Shown here piece after piece: positions 7,703 to 16,909 of a DNA stretch of 64,000 nt. The stretch comes from a virus. The translations under genes were made by a program, and so were the position numbers. Below the pieces are notes generated by a model. The model searched no databases, was not told the origin of the DNA, and saw nothing but the letters and a program-made list of their open reading frames with translations. Numbering within the stretch: position 1 is the first letter of the stretch; each line of letters starts with the position of its first letter. The DNA is taken from positions 1-64,000 of IMG/VR virus record IMGVR_UViG_3300025620_000004. One strand, given 5' to 3'.

Positions 7703-7894
7703 ATGAAGTATTTAGTTATAGTATCTGCACTACTACTCGGAGCTTGTGGAACCATGAATGCAGCCATTGACGGCACGCAGGCCATGGTAAACAATACTCT
7801 AAGCGGAGTAGGCAACACAGTAGCAGATATTACAGTAGCAGTCGGACAAGACGTCAAAGGTGTCGTCGATTCCGGCAAGCAAGACAAGGAGTAA
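7703..7894 (+). CDS. small lipoprotein (entericidin-like)
   Basis: Lipobox LLGA|C, then an amphipathic helix GVGNTV...VGQDVKG; GGAG RBS. Confidence 0.7.
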   Translation: MKYLVIVSALLLGACGTMNAAIDGTQAMVNNTLSGVGNTVADITVAVGQDVKGVVDSGKQDKE

Positions 7895-7899
7895 TCTTT

Positions 7900-8208
7900 A
7901 TGCCAGCAAAGCGAAAAGCGAGGAAGAAAAAAGACTCAAGGTTAAAACGGGCAGGCGTTAGCGGTTATAATAAACCCAAACGTACTCCAGGCCACGCTAA
8001 AAAGTCTCACATCGTTGTAGCTAAGTCTGGCGGTAAAGTGAAAACAATTCGTTTCGGCCAGCAAGGAGCTAAAACGGCAGGGAAGCCGAAGGCTGGAGAA
8101 TCTGCAGCAGCAAAAGCAAAGCGTAAAAGTTTCAAAGCACGACACGCTAAGAATATCGCTAAAGGCAAAATGTCAGCAGCATATTGGGCGGATAAAGTAA
8201 AATGGTAG
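7900..8208 (+). CDS. basic phage protein (DUF6321-like)
   Basis: KTIRFGQQG...RKSFKARH...SAAYWA..VKW; Lys/Arg-rich. Confidence 0.7.
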   Translation: MPAKRKARKKKDSRLKRAGVSGYNKPKRTPGHAKKSHIVVAKSGGKVKTIRFGQQGAKTAGKPKAGESAAAKAKRKSFKARHAKNIAKGKMSAAYWADKVKW

Positions 8209-8519
8209 ACGACAAGAATTTTCATCCCGCAGACACTAATGGGGACGGAGAAGTTTCCGACGCCGAACAACAAATGTATATGGAATTCAAGCGCAAAGAA
8301 CTTGAAGACCAAGATGCACAGCGTGATGCAATGCGAAAGATGACATGGTTTTCCTTATCAGGAATGCTACTTTATCCTTTCGGCATATTCTGCACATCAT
8401 TATTCGGATTAGATAGCGCCGCTAAAATAATCGGTGATATTGCTCCCACTTACTTTGTAGCTATCGCAGCCCTGGTTTCAGCATTCTTTGGAGCCAACGC
8501 ATATGCAGGGAAGAAATAA
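8202..8519 (+). CDS. EF-hand-containing two-TM membrane protein (holin-like)
   Basis: DTNGDGEVSDAE canonical EF loop; two hydrophobic helices; basic C-terminus. Confidence 0.6.
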   Translation: MVDDKNFHPADTNGDGEVSDAEQQMYMEFKRKELEDQDAQRDAMRKMTWFSLSGMLLYPFGIFCTSLFGLDSAAKIIGDIAPTYFVAIAALVSAFFGANAYAGKK

Positions 8520-9097
8520 TGGAAATGTTACTTGATTTAGCAATGACTTTTTGGCAGTGGACAGTACTCGCAGTACTGGTACTCATTGGTTTTATAGTAA
8601 ACAAAGTAGATAAAAAAGAAGAAACACTGGTAGGATTTAAATATAAGTTTATGCCAGTTATGTCACCTTTACCGATCAAAACAAAAGATAAAGGTTTTTG
8701 GAAAGGTATCCTAATGTGGTTACTCGGTACACGTAAGTGGAAAATCGAACAAGATTTTAACTATACTCTGAATGATGTAGAATATAAGATTCCTGCGGGG
8801 TTTGAGTTTGATGGAGCATCTGTTCCTAAGTTTCTCGCAACTTTCTTATCACCAGTAGGAGTACTGCTTATGGGTGGCCTAGTGCACGACTATGGGTACA
8901 AGTATGCAACTCTTATGAAGAAAGATGGAAGCGATATCGGTTATCATGATCAGAAGTTTATGGATGGAATCTTCCGAGACATCTGCATCGAAGTTAATGG
9001 TTTTCGAGTTCTTAACTACCTCGCATACTGGTCTTTACGTTTAGCAGGATTTGTAGCTTGGAACGGACATAAAAAGAGAGGCACTCATGTTGCATAA
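8519..9097 (+). CDS. DUF1353-family protein with N-terminal TM
   Basis: IPAGFEFDGASVP...LVHDYGY...MDGIF signature. Confidence 0.8.
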   Translation: MEMLLDLAMTFWQWTVLAVLVLIGFIVNKVDKKEETLVGFKYKFMPVMSPLPIKTKDKGFWKGILMWLLGTRKWKIEQDFNYTLNDVEYKIPAGFEFDGASVPKFLATFLSPVGVLLMGGLVHDYGYKYATLMKKDGSDIGYHDQKFMDGIFRDICIEVNGFRVLNYLAYWSLRLAGFVAWNGHKKRGTHVA

Positions 9098-9221
9098 ATT
9101 ACTAAAGAAAAAAGATGCATTAATACTTATAGGTGTTTCCACAGCAGTTCTACTGTTTGGAAATCTATTAGCCTGGGCTGGTTTAGCTTGGGGACTCTGG
9201 TCAATCATAAAAGAAGATTAA
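9087..9221 (+). CDS. 44-aa membrane peptide (absent from ORF track)
   Basis: MLHKLLKKKDALILIGVSTAVLLFGNLLAWAGLAWGLWSIIKED; GAGG RBS; exactly fills the gap to terL. Confidence 0.55.
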   Translation: MLHKLLKKKDALILIGVSTAVLLFGNLLAWAGLAWGLWSIIKED

Positions 9222-9222
9222 T

Positions 9223-10527
9223 ATGGCAGTAGAAGTAAGCCGCAGAGATATTATCTCTGACGAAATAGTTGAATTAAGATCTGAGACAAAGTTTCTAAAA
9301 CTTCCAATAGCTCCGTACTTGGAGCTATTGAATGTCACTCCCTTACCGTCGCAGATAGCAATTATCAATGCGATTAACGATCCTAAATATCGTTTTGTCT
9401 CTGCCGCAGTCTCGCGCAGACAGGGTAAAACCTACATAGCCAATATCATTGGACAGCTCGTGTCTTTGGTACCTGGCTCCAACATTCTAATAATGTCCCC
9501 CAACTACTCTTTGTCTCAGATCTCTTTCGATCTACAGAGAAATCTAATTAAACATTTTGATTTAGAGGTTACAAAAGATAACGCCAAGGATAAAGTTATC
9601 GAAATCTCTAATGGATCTACTGTAAGAATGGGTTCTGTTAATCAGGTCGATTCTTGTGTAGGTAGATCTTATGACCTTATCATCTTTGATGAGGCCGCAC
9701 TCGCTGACGGCAAGGACGCCTTCAACGTTGCACTTCGTCCTACTCTGGACAAGCCAAACTCCAAAGCAATCTTTATTTCCACACCACGGGGTCGTAACAA
9801 CTGGTTCTCTGAGTTCTTCTACAGAGGCTTTTCTGACGACTTCCCAGAATGGGCATCAATAAGAGCAACTTATCGAGACAACCCTCGTATGTCTGAGTCT
9901 GATATTTCAGAAGCGCGTAAGTCTATGTCAGAGGCTGAGTTTAAGCAAGAGTACGAAGCTGACTTTAATACTTATGAAGGACAGATCTGGAAGTTTAACT
10001 TTGAGACACAGGTGAAAGACCTGTCTCAGTTTGATACTAGTAAGATGGACGTCTTTGCGGGGTTGGACGTAGGTTTCAAAGATCCAACAGCAATGTGTGT
10101 AATTGCCTATGACTGGGATGATGACAAATACTATCTAGTGGATGAGTATATGAATAATGAGCGCACTACAGAACAGCACGCAGAAGAGATACAAAAACTC
10201 ATTAACAAATGGGATATAGACTATATCTATATTGATTCCGCAGCACAGCAAACTCGTTTTGACTTAGCGCAGAACTATGATATTAGTACTATTAACGCGA
10301 AGAAGTCTGTACTGGATGGCATTGGTCATGTGTCTGCAATTATTGATAATGATAAACTTTATGTGGACCAGGAGTGTAAACAATCGCTCATATGTCTAGA
10401 CTCTTATCAATGGGATCCTAACCCAAATCTAATAAGAGAAAAACCGAAGCACAACATGGCTTCGCACATGGCAGACGGTCTTCGCTACGCACTTTATTCA
10501 TTCCAAACCTCACAAGTGTCCTTCTAG
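9223..10527 (+). CDS. terL: terminase large subunit (T5-type)
   Basis: Walker A SRRQGKT, Walker B LIIFDEAA, ISTPRG coupling motif, nuclease GLDVGFKDPTA and SHMADGLRY. Confidence 0.97.
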   Translation: MAVEVSRRDIISDEIVELRSETKFLKLPIAPYLELLNVTPLPSQIAIINAINDPKYRFVSAAVSRRQGKTYIANIIGQLVSLVPGSNILIMSPNYSLSQISFDLQRNLIKHFDLEVTKDNAKDKVIEISNGSTVRMGSVNQVDSCVGRSYDLIIFDEAALADGKDAFNVALRPTLDKPNSKAIFISTPRGRNNWFSEFFYRGFSDDFPEWASIRATYRDNPRMSESDISEARKSMSEAEFKQEYEADFNTYEGQIWKFNFETQVKDLSQFDTSKMDVFAGLDVGFKDPTAMCVIAYDWDDDKYYLVDEYMNNERTTEQHAEEIQKLINKWDIDYIYIDSAAQQTRFDLAQNYDISTINAKKSVLDGIGHVSAIIDNDKLYVDQECKQSLICLDSYQWDPNPNLIREKPKHNMASHMADGLRYALYSFQTSQVSF

Positions 10528-10550
10528 CGATACCTACTCAAAAATAGTTA

Positions 10551-10579
10551 TTGACAAGTCACCCCAAAGCCGATATAAT
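10551..10579 (+). promoter_or_regulatory. late-region sigma70 promoter
   Basis: AAAAATAGTTA-TTGACA-17-TATAAT. Confidence 0.85.
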
Positions 10580-10612
10580 TCTTTAAATGAAAAATCGAGG
10601 AACCAAAGGAAA

Positions 10613-10978
10613 ATGCCTAAGCTAAAACGCGATGTAGTAAAATATGTACGAGATAAGGCAAAGTCCAAGTATGCAAAGGGTTCCTCTTGTGAGATTTGTG
10701 GCGAAACAGAGCAGTTAGACTTTCACCACTTTTACAGTTTAACTCCTTTGTTGAATCAATGGTTAACAAAGAACAAACACAATCCTGAGTACATTCAGTC
10801 ACTTCGGGATGACTTTATAGAAGAGCATCATGCTGAGCTATATGACGACACAGTTACTCTGTGCCATACTCATCATTTAAAATTGCACTCAATTTACGGC
10901 AAAGACCCTGGGCTTGGAACAGCTAAAAAGCAGATGCGCTGGGTGGAGATTCAAAGAGAAAAACATGGCTTGGTATAA
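10613..10978 (+). CDS. HNH-type nicking endonuclease (T5 terL-portal position)
   Basis: CEICG...LDFHH...VTLCHTHHLKLH; syntenic with the T5 nicking endonuclease. Confidence 0.85.
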   Translation: MPKLKRDVVKYVRDKAKSKYAKGSSCEICGETEQLDFHHFYSLTPLLNQWLTKNKHNPEYIQSLRDDFIEEHHAELYDDTVTLCHTHHLKLHSIYGKDPGLGTAKKQMRWVEIQREKHGLV

Positions 10979-12164
10979 TCCTTTTGAGAAAAAACCTGTA
11001 GAAGTTGAAGAGAAGCTGAATCCTGCACAGCAGTTTTACGGCAACGATATTCAAACTTCTCGTGAGCCTACCTTTTCTTATGAGAGAGCTTACGAAGAGC
11101 TAGAAGTCGTAAATCGTGCAGTAAACATTATTGTAGATGATGCAGCCGAAATCCCTACACAAGTAGGCGGACAACATAAAGGCAATAGCATCATTAAAGG
11201 CATCAAACGTGCTAAAGTAGACTTACTTTTAAACCAAGAGCCTAATCCTTTCCAAGACATTAATACTTTCAAGCGTAACTTAATTATTGACTTTATACTT
11301 GATGGTAACATCTTTATCTACTATGATGGAGCACATCTCTATCACTTACCAGCAGACAAGATGACTATTCACGCTAGCTCGGATACTTACATTGAAAAGT
11401 TCACTTACAATGAGAAAGTAAATTATAAGCCTAGTGAGATTATACATATTAAAGAGAACTCCTTTTACTCAATTTATAGAGGTGTTCCACGTTTAAGCCC
11501 TGCTTTACGTACTATGCAACTTATGATGAAGATGCGTAAGTTCCAAGATAACTTCTTTAAGAATGGTGCTGTTCCAGGCTTGGTACTCAAGTCACCAAAC
11601 ACACTCTCTGAGAAGATTAAAGAACGTATGATGGTGTCGTGGCAGTCACGATATCAACCAGAAGCAGGCGGTCGTAGACCCCTTATTTTGGACGGTGGAA
11701 TTGAAGTAGATTCTATCTCAAATGTAAATTTTAAAGATCTTGATTTTCAAAATAGTATCGCAGACAATGAAAAGATAATTTTGAAGGCGCTCGGAGTACC
11801 TCCAATTATGATGGACTCTGGCAACAACGCCAACATTCGCCCAAATATGCGGATGTATTATCTTGAGACTATACTTCCTATAGTTCGAAAAATTAATTTT
11901 GCGTGCGAAAGATATTTCGGTTTCGAGTTAAAAGAAGACATCAGTGATATACCCGCTCTACAGCCTGAGCTGAGAGATGCATCCGCTTACTACACATCAC
12001 TAGTAAACGGTGGTATTATTACTGCCGCAGAAGCAAGAGAACGATTGGGTTTCGAAGCTATCGAAGGCACAGAAGAAATAAGAGTTCCTGCAAATATCGC
12101 AGGTTCTGCAACTAATCCCGATGAGGGCGGAAGACCAGAGGAAACAAACGAAGATGGCGAATAG
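10965..12164 (+). CDS. portal protein (HK97/T5 pb7-type)
   Basis: LLNQEPNPFQ, LDGNIF, EIIHIKE, FFKNGAVPG, ALGVPP motifs; start at MAWYNPF. Confidence 0.95.
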   Translation: MAWYNPFEKKPVEVEEKLNPAQQFYGNDIQTSREPTFSYERAYEELEVVNRAVNIIVDDAAEIPTQVGGQHKGNSIIKGIKRAKVDLLLNQEPNPFQDINTFKRNLIIDFILDGNIFIYYDGAHLYHLPADKMTIHASSDTYIEKFTYNEKVNYKPSEIIHIKENSFYSIYRGVPRLSPALRTMQLMMKMRKFQDNFFKNGAVPGLVLKSPNTLSEKIKERMMVSWQSRYQPEAGGRRPLILDGGIEVDSISNVNFKDLDFQNSIADNEKIILKALGVPPIMMDSGNNANIRPNMRMYYLETILPIVRKINFACERYFGFELKEDISDIPALQPELRDASAYYTSLVNGGIITAAEARERLGFEAIEGTEEIRVPANIAGSATNPDEGGRPEETNEDGE

Positions 12165-12465
12165 ACCACAAAGAATTAAACTATGTCGTGACTTAGCAAT
12201 GTATTTTGCTGAAAAAGGTAAGATTATGACCCAAGACGAGTATGTTAAGCAAACCGACAAACCCGTTATGTTAACAGGGATTCGCAACGTAGGAAGAAGT
12301 TATTCACGAGCAATTATTATGATGCAAAAAGCACATCCAGAACTTATGGAATTGATCGAGAAGAAAAAAGCAGAAGCAGCTAAACCTGTTCCTGCTCCAG
12401 CACCAAAGCCAGCACCAAAGGCCGCGGTCAAGCCTGCCCCTAAACCGGCAGTAAAAAAGGATTAA
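12154..12465 (+). CDS. hypothetical head-region protein with PAPK-rich tail
   Basis: ORF between portal and protease; C-terminal (PAPK)n low-complexity segment. Confidence 0.65.
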   Translation: MANRPQRIKLCRDLAMYFAEKGKIMTQDEYVKQTDKPVMLTGIRNVGRSYSRAIIMMQKAHPELMELIEKKKAEAAKPVPAPAPKPAPKAAVKPAPKPAVKKD

Positions 12466-12468
12466 GAT

Positions 12469-14448
12469 ATGAATAAAATCTTTAATCTGACGTCTACTTT
12501 CAAGACTCATGCAGAAGATGACGGCTCTGTAATGATTCGTGGAATGGCAAGCACGGCTGACTTTGATCGCGCGGGTGACTCCATTTCAGCAGAAGCATGG
12601 CAGAAGGGTGGACTAAAGAACTTTGAAAAGAATCCAATTATCCTGTTTAATCATGACTATGATAAACCAATTGGTCGAGCTACAGGTCTGAAGTCCGGAC
12701 CAGATGGCTTGGAGCTGGAATGTAAGATTAGTAAGGCCGCGCCTGCTAATGTTGCTCAACTAGTTAAAGACGGTGTTCTTGGGGCCTTTTCCGTAGGTTT
12801 CCGAGTCAAGGATGCTGATTATATTAAGGAAACCGACGGACTAATGATTAAGGACGCTGAATTATTCGAGGTATCAGTTGTATCTGTACCCTGCAATCAG
12901 TCAGCTACTTTTTCGCTCGCGAAGTCTTTCGACTCAGATGCTGAGTACGAAGAATTCAAAAAAACTTTCACAAATCGTGTAGATCTAGCAGGTCAGTCTC
13001 TGGCTAAGGATGAAGTTATTACTTCGGGAATAGCTAGTGACACACCTCAAAGCGCGGAGAAATCCGTAGATCAGGAGATCAAGATGGATAATCAAAACAT
13101 CGACTTGGAAGCTTTTGCAAAGAAGGTAGCTGAAGACACAGCTGCTAAGATTGCTATGAAGCAAGCCGAGCAAAAAGCAGCTGAGCAAGCAGAAGTAGAA
13201 AAAGCAGCTGAACAGGCTTCATTTATTGAAGCACAAGAAATCAAAGTTAAGACTGGTATTCAGTCTGGCGTTGAATCACTAATGAGCAACTTCGAAGCTA
13301 AGCTGACTGAAAAGGACGCTAAGATGGACGAAGTACTCGCATCATTCAAAACAGAACTAGAAGAGAAGTCTTCTGAAATCGAAGCTATGCGTAACAGCAA
13401 GCGTACTTTCGGTGACCGTTCTGAAAAAGGCGACGTTACTAAGTGGGGCAAAGACTTCATGCACGCTTCATTGCTTGGTACTATGACTGGCAAGGGCATG
13501 GACACTGATTTTGCTCGTGGCGTTATGGAAAAAGCTGGTATCGACTATGCTAGCAACGCTGGCGACATCGATCAAGAAGTTGCTCGTCAAATCGAAAAAG
13601 AAGTTACTCTAAACTTGCGTACAGCTGGTCTGTTCCGTGAGATTCAGGTGAATGGTGCTGCTACTGTAATGCCAATCCAGCCTGACGTAGAGGCCGCTAC
13701 TTTCCAAACTGGTGCAGCTGCAGCAGGTAACTTGGAAAACCGTGGTGCTTCAGACAACACTTTCAAGCCTTCACAGGTAATCTTGAACGCTTATCGTTTG
13801 ATTAGCCAGACTTTCATGGACAACAACGTAGATGAGCAAGTTCTTATCAACCTAATGCCTATGCTTGTTGACTCAGTAGCACGTGCTCACGCTCGCGCTG
13901 TTGATAACGCTATCATCAACGGTTCAGGTTCTATCACTGGTCTTGACGGCTATGCCGCAGCTAGTGGTTCAAGCATCGACCTCGATGGCGGTTCAATCGC
14001 CGCAGGTAACTCAGCTACATTGACTGCAGCTGGCCTCCTTACTGCTCGTAAAGCTATGGGTAAGTATGGTGTTAACCCTGCTGATGTTGCATACATCGTG
14101 TCACAAGCTCGTTACTTCGAACTTATCGAAGATGCAGGCTTCCAGGACGTTACTGATGTAGGTTCTGATCTGGCAACTAAGATCACTGGTCAAATCGGAT
14201 CTGTATTCGGTTCACCTGTAATCGTATCTGACAGCTTCGCTACTGAAGGTGCTGGTGTACCTGTAGCCTTCGCTGTTAACTCACGTAACTATGTTATCCC
14301 ACGTCTACGTGGCGTAACTGTTGAGACTGACTATGAAGTTGGTAATCAGCGCAACGTAGTAGTTGCTTCACAAGCCCTAGGCTTTGAAGAGCTAGTAGCC
14401 GGTGCGACTGGTAACGAACCTGTAGTTAAGATTGACTGCGTAGCTTAA
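12469..14448 (+). CDS. prohead protease fused to major capsid protein (delta domain + HK97 fold)
   Basis: N-term IRGMAST, ILFNHD..KPIG, AFSVGF, LFEVSVVSVP (S78 protease); coiled-coil scaffold; C-term DNAIINGSG, GSVFGSPVIVSD. Confidence 0.95.
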   Translation: MNKIFNLTSTFKTHAEDDGSVMIRGMASTADFDRAGDSISAEAWQKGGLKNFEKNPIILFNHDYDKPIGRATGLKSGPDGLELECKISKAAPANVAQLVKDGVLGAFSVGFRVKDADYIKETDGLMIKDAELFEVSVVSVPCNQSATFSLAKSFDSDAEYEEFKKTFTNRVDLAGQSLAKDEVITSGIASDTPQSAEKSVDQEIKMDNQNIDLEAFAKKVAEDTAAKIAMKQAEQKAAEQAEVEKAAEQASFIEAQEIKVKTGIQSGVESLMSNFEAKLTEKDAKMDEVLASFKTELEEKSSEIEAMRNSKRTFGDRSEKGDVTKWGKDFMHASLLGTMTGKGMDTDFARGVMEKAGIDYASNAGDIDQEVARQIEKEVTLNLRTAGLFREIQVNGAATVMPIQPDVEAATFQTGAAAAGNLENRGASDNTFKPSQVILNAYRLISQTFMDNNVDEQVLINLMPMLVDSVARAHARAVDNAIINGSGSITGLDGYAAASGSSIDLDGGSIAAGNSATLTAAGLLTARKAMGKYGVNPADVAYIVSQARYFELIEDAGFQDVTDVGSDLATKITGQIGSVFGSPVIVSDSFATEGAGVPVAFAVNSRNYVIPRLRGVTVETDYEVGNQRNVVVASQALGFEELVAGATGNEPVVKIDCVA

Positions 14449-14464
14449 TTTAAAAGCAAAACGA

Positions 14465-14492
14465 GAGGGGAGTTCGCTCCCCTTAAGTTTTT
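14465..14492 (+). terminator. intrinsic terminator after the capsid gene
   Basis: GAGGGGAG-TTCG-CTCCCCTT followed by AAGTTTTT. Confidence 0.75.
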
Positions 14493-14504
14493 AGTAATGG
14501 ACTT

Positions 14505-15089
14505 ATGGCAAATTTAATCACATTAGATGAATATAAAACCTCTGAAAACATTCAGAGCACAAAGGAAGATGCTCGCATCAATTCTTTAATTACTGCCGTA
14601 AGTCAATTAGTAAAAACTTACTGCGGAACAACGATTGTAGATCACTACTCTAGCGACAAAGCAGAAGAGTTTAGTATAAACTGGTCTACAAACTTCGTTC
14701 AACTTACAGAGAGTCCTTTTGTAAGTATTACTTCCGTACAAGAAAGAGAAGACTTCAGTAAAGCATATGCTACTGTACCTTCCACAGAATACTATGTAGA
14801 TGGTGGAACTGATAGTGTATATCGAGTTACCACAGACGGTACTAGAAAAAACTGGCCTACAGGCCCTGGTGCTGTAAAGATTACCTATAAAGCAGGATAC
14901 GCAGAGTGTCCTAAAGATTTACAACTTGCTGTTATTGATTTGATTACTTACTATGTAAAAGACGAGCATAAAGCGCGTCAGACACTTCAAGGCGCTAGCA
15001 TTCAAAACAACTCTTCTTCAAGTCAGAGAAACAATGTAGCGTTTCCTGATCATATTAAAAGAGTCTTGGATCTGTATAAGAACTTTTAA
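14505..15089 (+). CDS. head completion / head-tail connector protein
   Basis: LITLDEYK, VKTYCG, ITYKAGY...PKDLQLAV, FPDHIKRVLDLY; directly after MCP as in T5. Confidence 0.85.
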   Translation: MANLITLDEYKTSENIQSTKEDARINSLITAVSQLVKTYCGTTIVDHYSSDKAEEFSINWSTNFVQLTESPFVSITSVQEREDFSKAYATVPSTEYYVDGGTDSVYRVTTDGTRKNWPTGPGAVKITYKAGYAECPKDLQLAVIDLITYYVKDEHKARQTLQGASIQNNSSSSQRNNVAFPDHIKRVLDLYKNF

Positions 15090-16393
15090 TGAGTAGACAG
15101 GCTTTTGACAGAAAATTCACAAAGCCTCTGCTTAGAAAATTGGATGCAGAAGCCCGTAAAGCTGTAACTCGTCAAAGAGGACAGCTTTTAATTTTAACAG
15201 ATACAAAAGAATTACAGCAGGTAATAGAAGCTTCCACAGGACATAAACCGAAAGCTGCTCACTTAGCACAAGCTTTAAAAGAAGCGCAGAAACACGCTAA
15301 AAAGCTACAAAGTAATTTTAAGACAAGAAATAAGAGAAGGTACAATGCAATAGTTGCTAAGTTACCAGAGATAAGATTACCTTATACTCTAAATACTGAT
15401 ATGTTCATAGTAAGTAGTTTTTCTAGATCCATTACTACTATTAAGAATACTATGTTAAAAACTTTAGTAGCAAGCGGAGCCATCTCAGATGCAGACTCAA
15501 AAACAGTATCTAAGAATCTTCACAAAGGTCACGGAGCAAGAGGTAATGCAGTTTCTCAGGTTCAGATAGCTTCCTCTGTTTCGGGATTAGACCCTGCAAC
15601 TAAGAAGCTCCTTCTGTATAACTTAGAAGGGCAATTTAGATCAGGCAACATAGATAGCATATCTCATAGAGAGATAAAAAGACTTATTACTGATGGGGAA
15701 CAGATAGTAACAAAGAAAGGTAAGCTTACAGCAAATTATGTTTCTGTTATTGCATTTCAATCAGGCACTGACAATATAAAAGACTCTGTAGAAGAGAAAG
15801 CAGTAAAAGCAGTATTTAGAAAATTTATAGGAGAACTCACTCCTGACCTTTTAGATATGAAAGGGTCTTCCACCTTAAAAGAGAAAACAGCGGCAGTACT
15901 TGTTGATAATTTTAAAGGTAAGAAAGGTATCAAAGTTAAAAGCAAGCCAGTAAAGCTTAAAACTAAAACTAAGAGTAAAGGCAAAGGTGCAAAAGTATCT
16001 GCCTCAGTAGCTTTAAGTTCAAAAAGACTAAAAAGTAAAAAGAAGAAGTCAAAAGCAAAAAGCTCGGCAGCTTCTCAACCTTTGGCAATGGTAGCAATGC
16101 TAAATAAGAAACTACCAGATACAGTTAGAAAAAATATGTCAACCCCTAGACTTGTTAATAGGACAGGAAGATTCGCAGATAGTGTAAAAGTAGTAGATGT
16201 GATGCCCACGCCCCAAGGGTTTCCTAGTTTTGGATATACATACCAAAAGAACCCTTATCAAGTATTTGAAGAAGGAGAAGGCACACCCCCTTGGGCAGAC
16301 GGAAACAGAGATCCAAGAGATCTGATTGACAAATCTATAAGAGAGATTGCGGCAGAGTTTGCAATCGGAAGATTTTACACTAGGAGAGTATAA
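15089..16393 (+). CDS. neck/tail completion protein (T5 p143-like, enlarged and basic)
   Basis: C-terminal LVNRTGRFADSVKV...PYQVFE...RDPRDLIDKSIREIA; synteny. Confidence 0.7.
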   Translation: MSRQAFDRKFTKPLLRKLDAEARKAVTRQRGQLLILTDTKELQQVIEASTGHKPKAAHLAQALKEAQKHAKKLQSNFKTRNKRRYNAIVAKLPEIRLPYTLNTDMFIVSSFSRSITTIKNTMLKTLVASGAISDADSKTVSKNLHKGHGARGNAVSQVQIASSVSGLDPATKKLLLYNLEGQFRSGNIDSISHREIKRLITDGEQIVTKKGKLTANYVSVIAFQSGTDNIKDSVEEKAVKAVFRKFIGELTPDLLDMKGSSTLKEKTAAVLVDNFKGKKGIKVKSKPVKLKTKTKSKGKGAKVSASVALSSKRLKSKKKKSKAKSSAASQPLAMVAMLNKKLPDTVRKNMSTPRLVNRTGRFADSVKVVDVMPTPQGFPSFGYTYQKNPYQVFEEGEGTPPWADGNRDPRDLIDKSIREIAAEFAIGRFYTRRV

Positions 16394-16845
16394 TGGGAAC
16401 AAGAGAATATACAACACGAAGACTTGGTATTATTGCTGCTCTTGTTGAGAGGTTAAAAGATATCGACGGGTCTGGTTCCTTTCTATCAGATGTGAATGAG
16501 AACGTTTCTCCTCGTTTAAAATTCTGGGATGAAGTAGAAGAATTTCCAGCAATACACTTAAATGCTGGATCAGAATCAAGAGAGTATCAAGGGGGCGGTT
16601 ATAAAGATAGATTTCTTTCGGTAACTCTTCGTTGTTATGTACAGGCAGAAGATGCAGTAGAAGCACTAGATGAACTACTAGAAGATGTAGAAACTGTATT
16701 AGAAGATAACTCTCGTTTAACGTATATTGATCGCACAGGTGCGGTTCAGTATACACAACAAATCACAATAATCAGTATAGATACTGACGAAGGTGTACTA
16801 GAACCTCTAGGAGTAGGAGAAATACTTATAGAAGTTCGTTACTAG
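16393..16845 (+). CDS. tail terminator protein
   Basis: KFWDEVEEFPAI, LLEDVETV, SIDTDEGVLEPLGVGEI as in T5 p142; precedes tail tube. Confidence 0.85.
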   Translation: MGTREYTTRRLGIIAALVERLKDIDGSGSFLSDVNENVSPRLKFWDEVEEFPAIHLNAGSESREYQGGGYKDRFLSVTLRCYVQAEDAVEALDELLEDVETVLEDNSRLTYIDRTGAVQYTQQITIISIDTDEGVLEPLGVGEILIEVRY

Positions 16846-16909
16846 AAAATGCAGGCACGAGCAAACGTTCACGTCCTAGCCTTTTCAAGATAATCATAGG
16901 AGATTAACT

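Noticed and set aside
10613-10978. HNH gene as a mobile homing endonuclease
   Set aside because: Its terL-portal position matches the conserved T5 nicking endonuclease; no interrupted gene.
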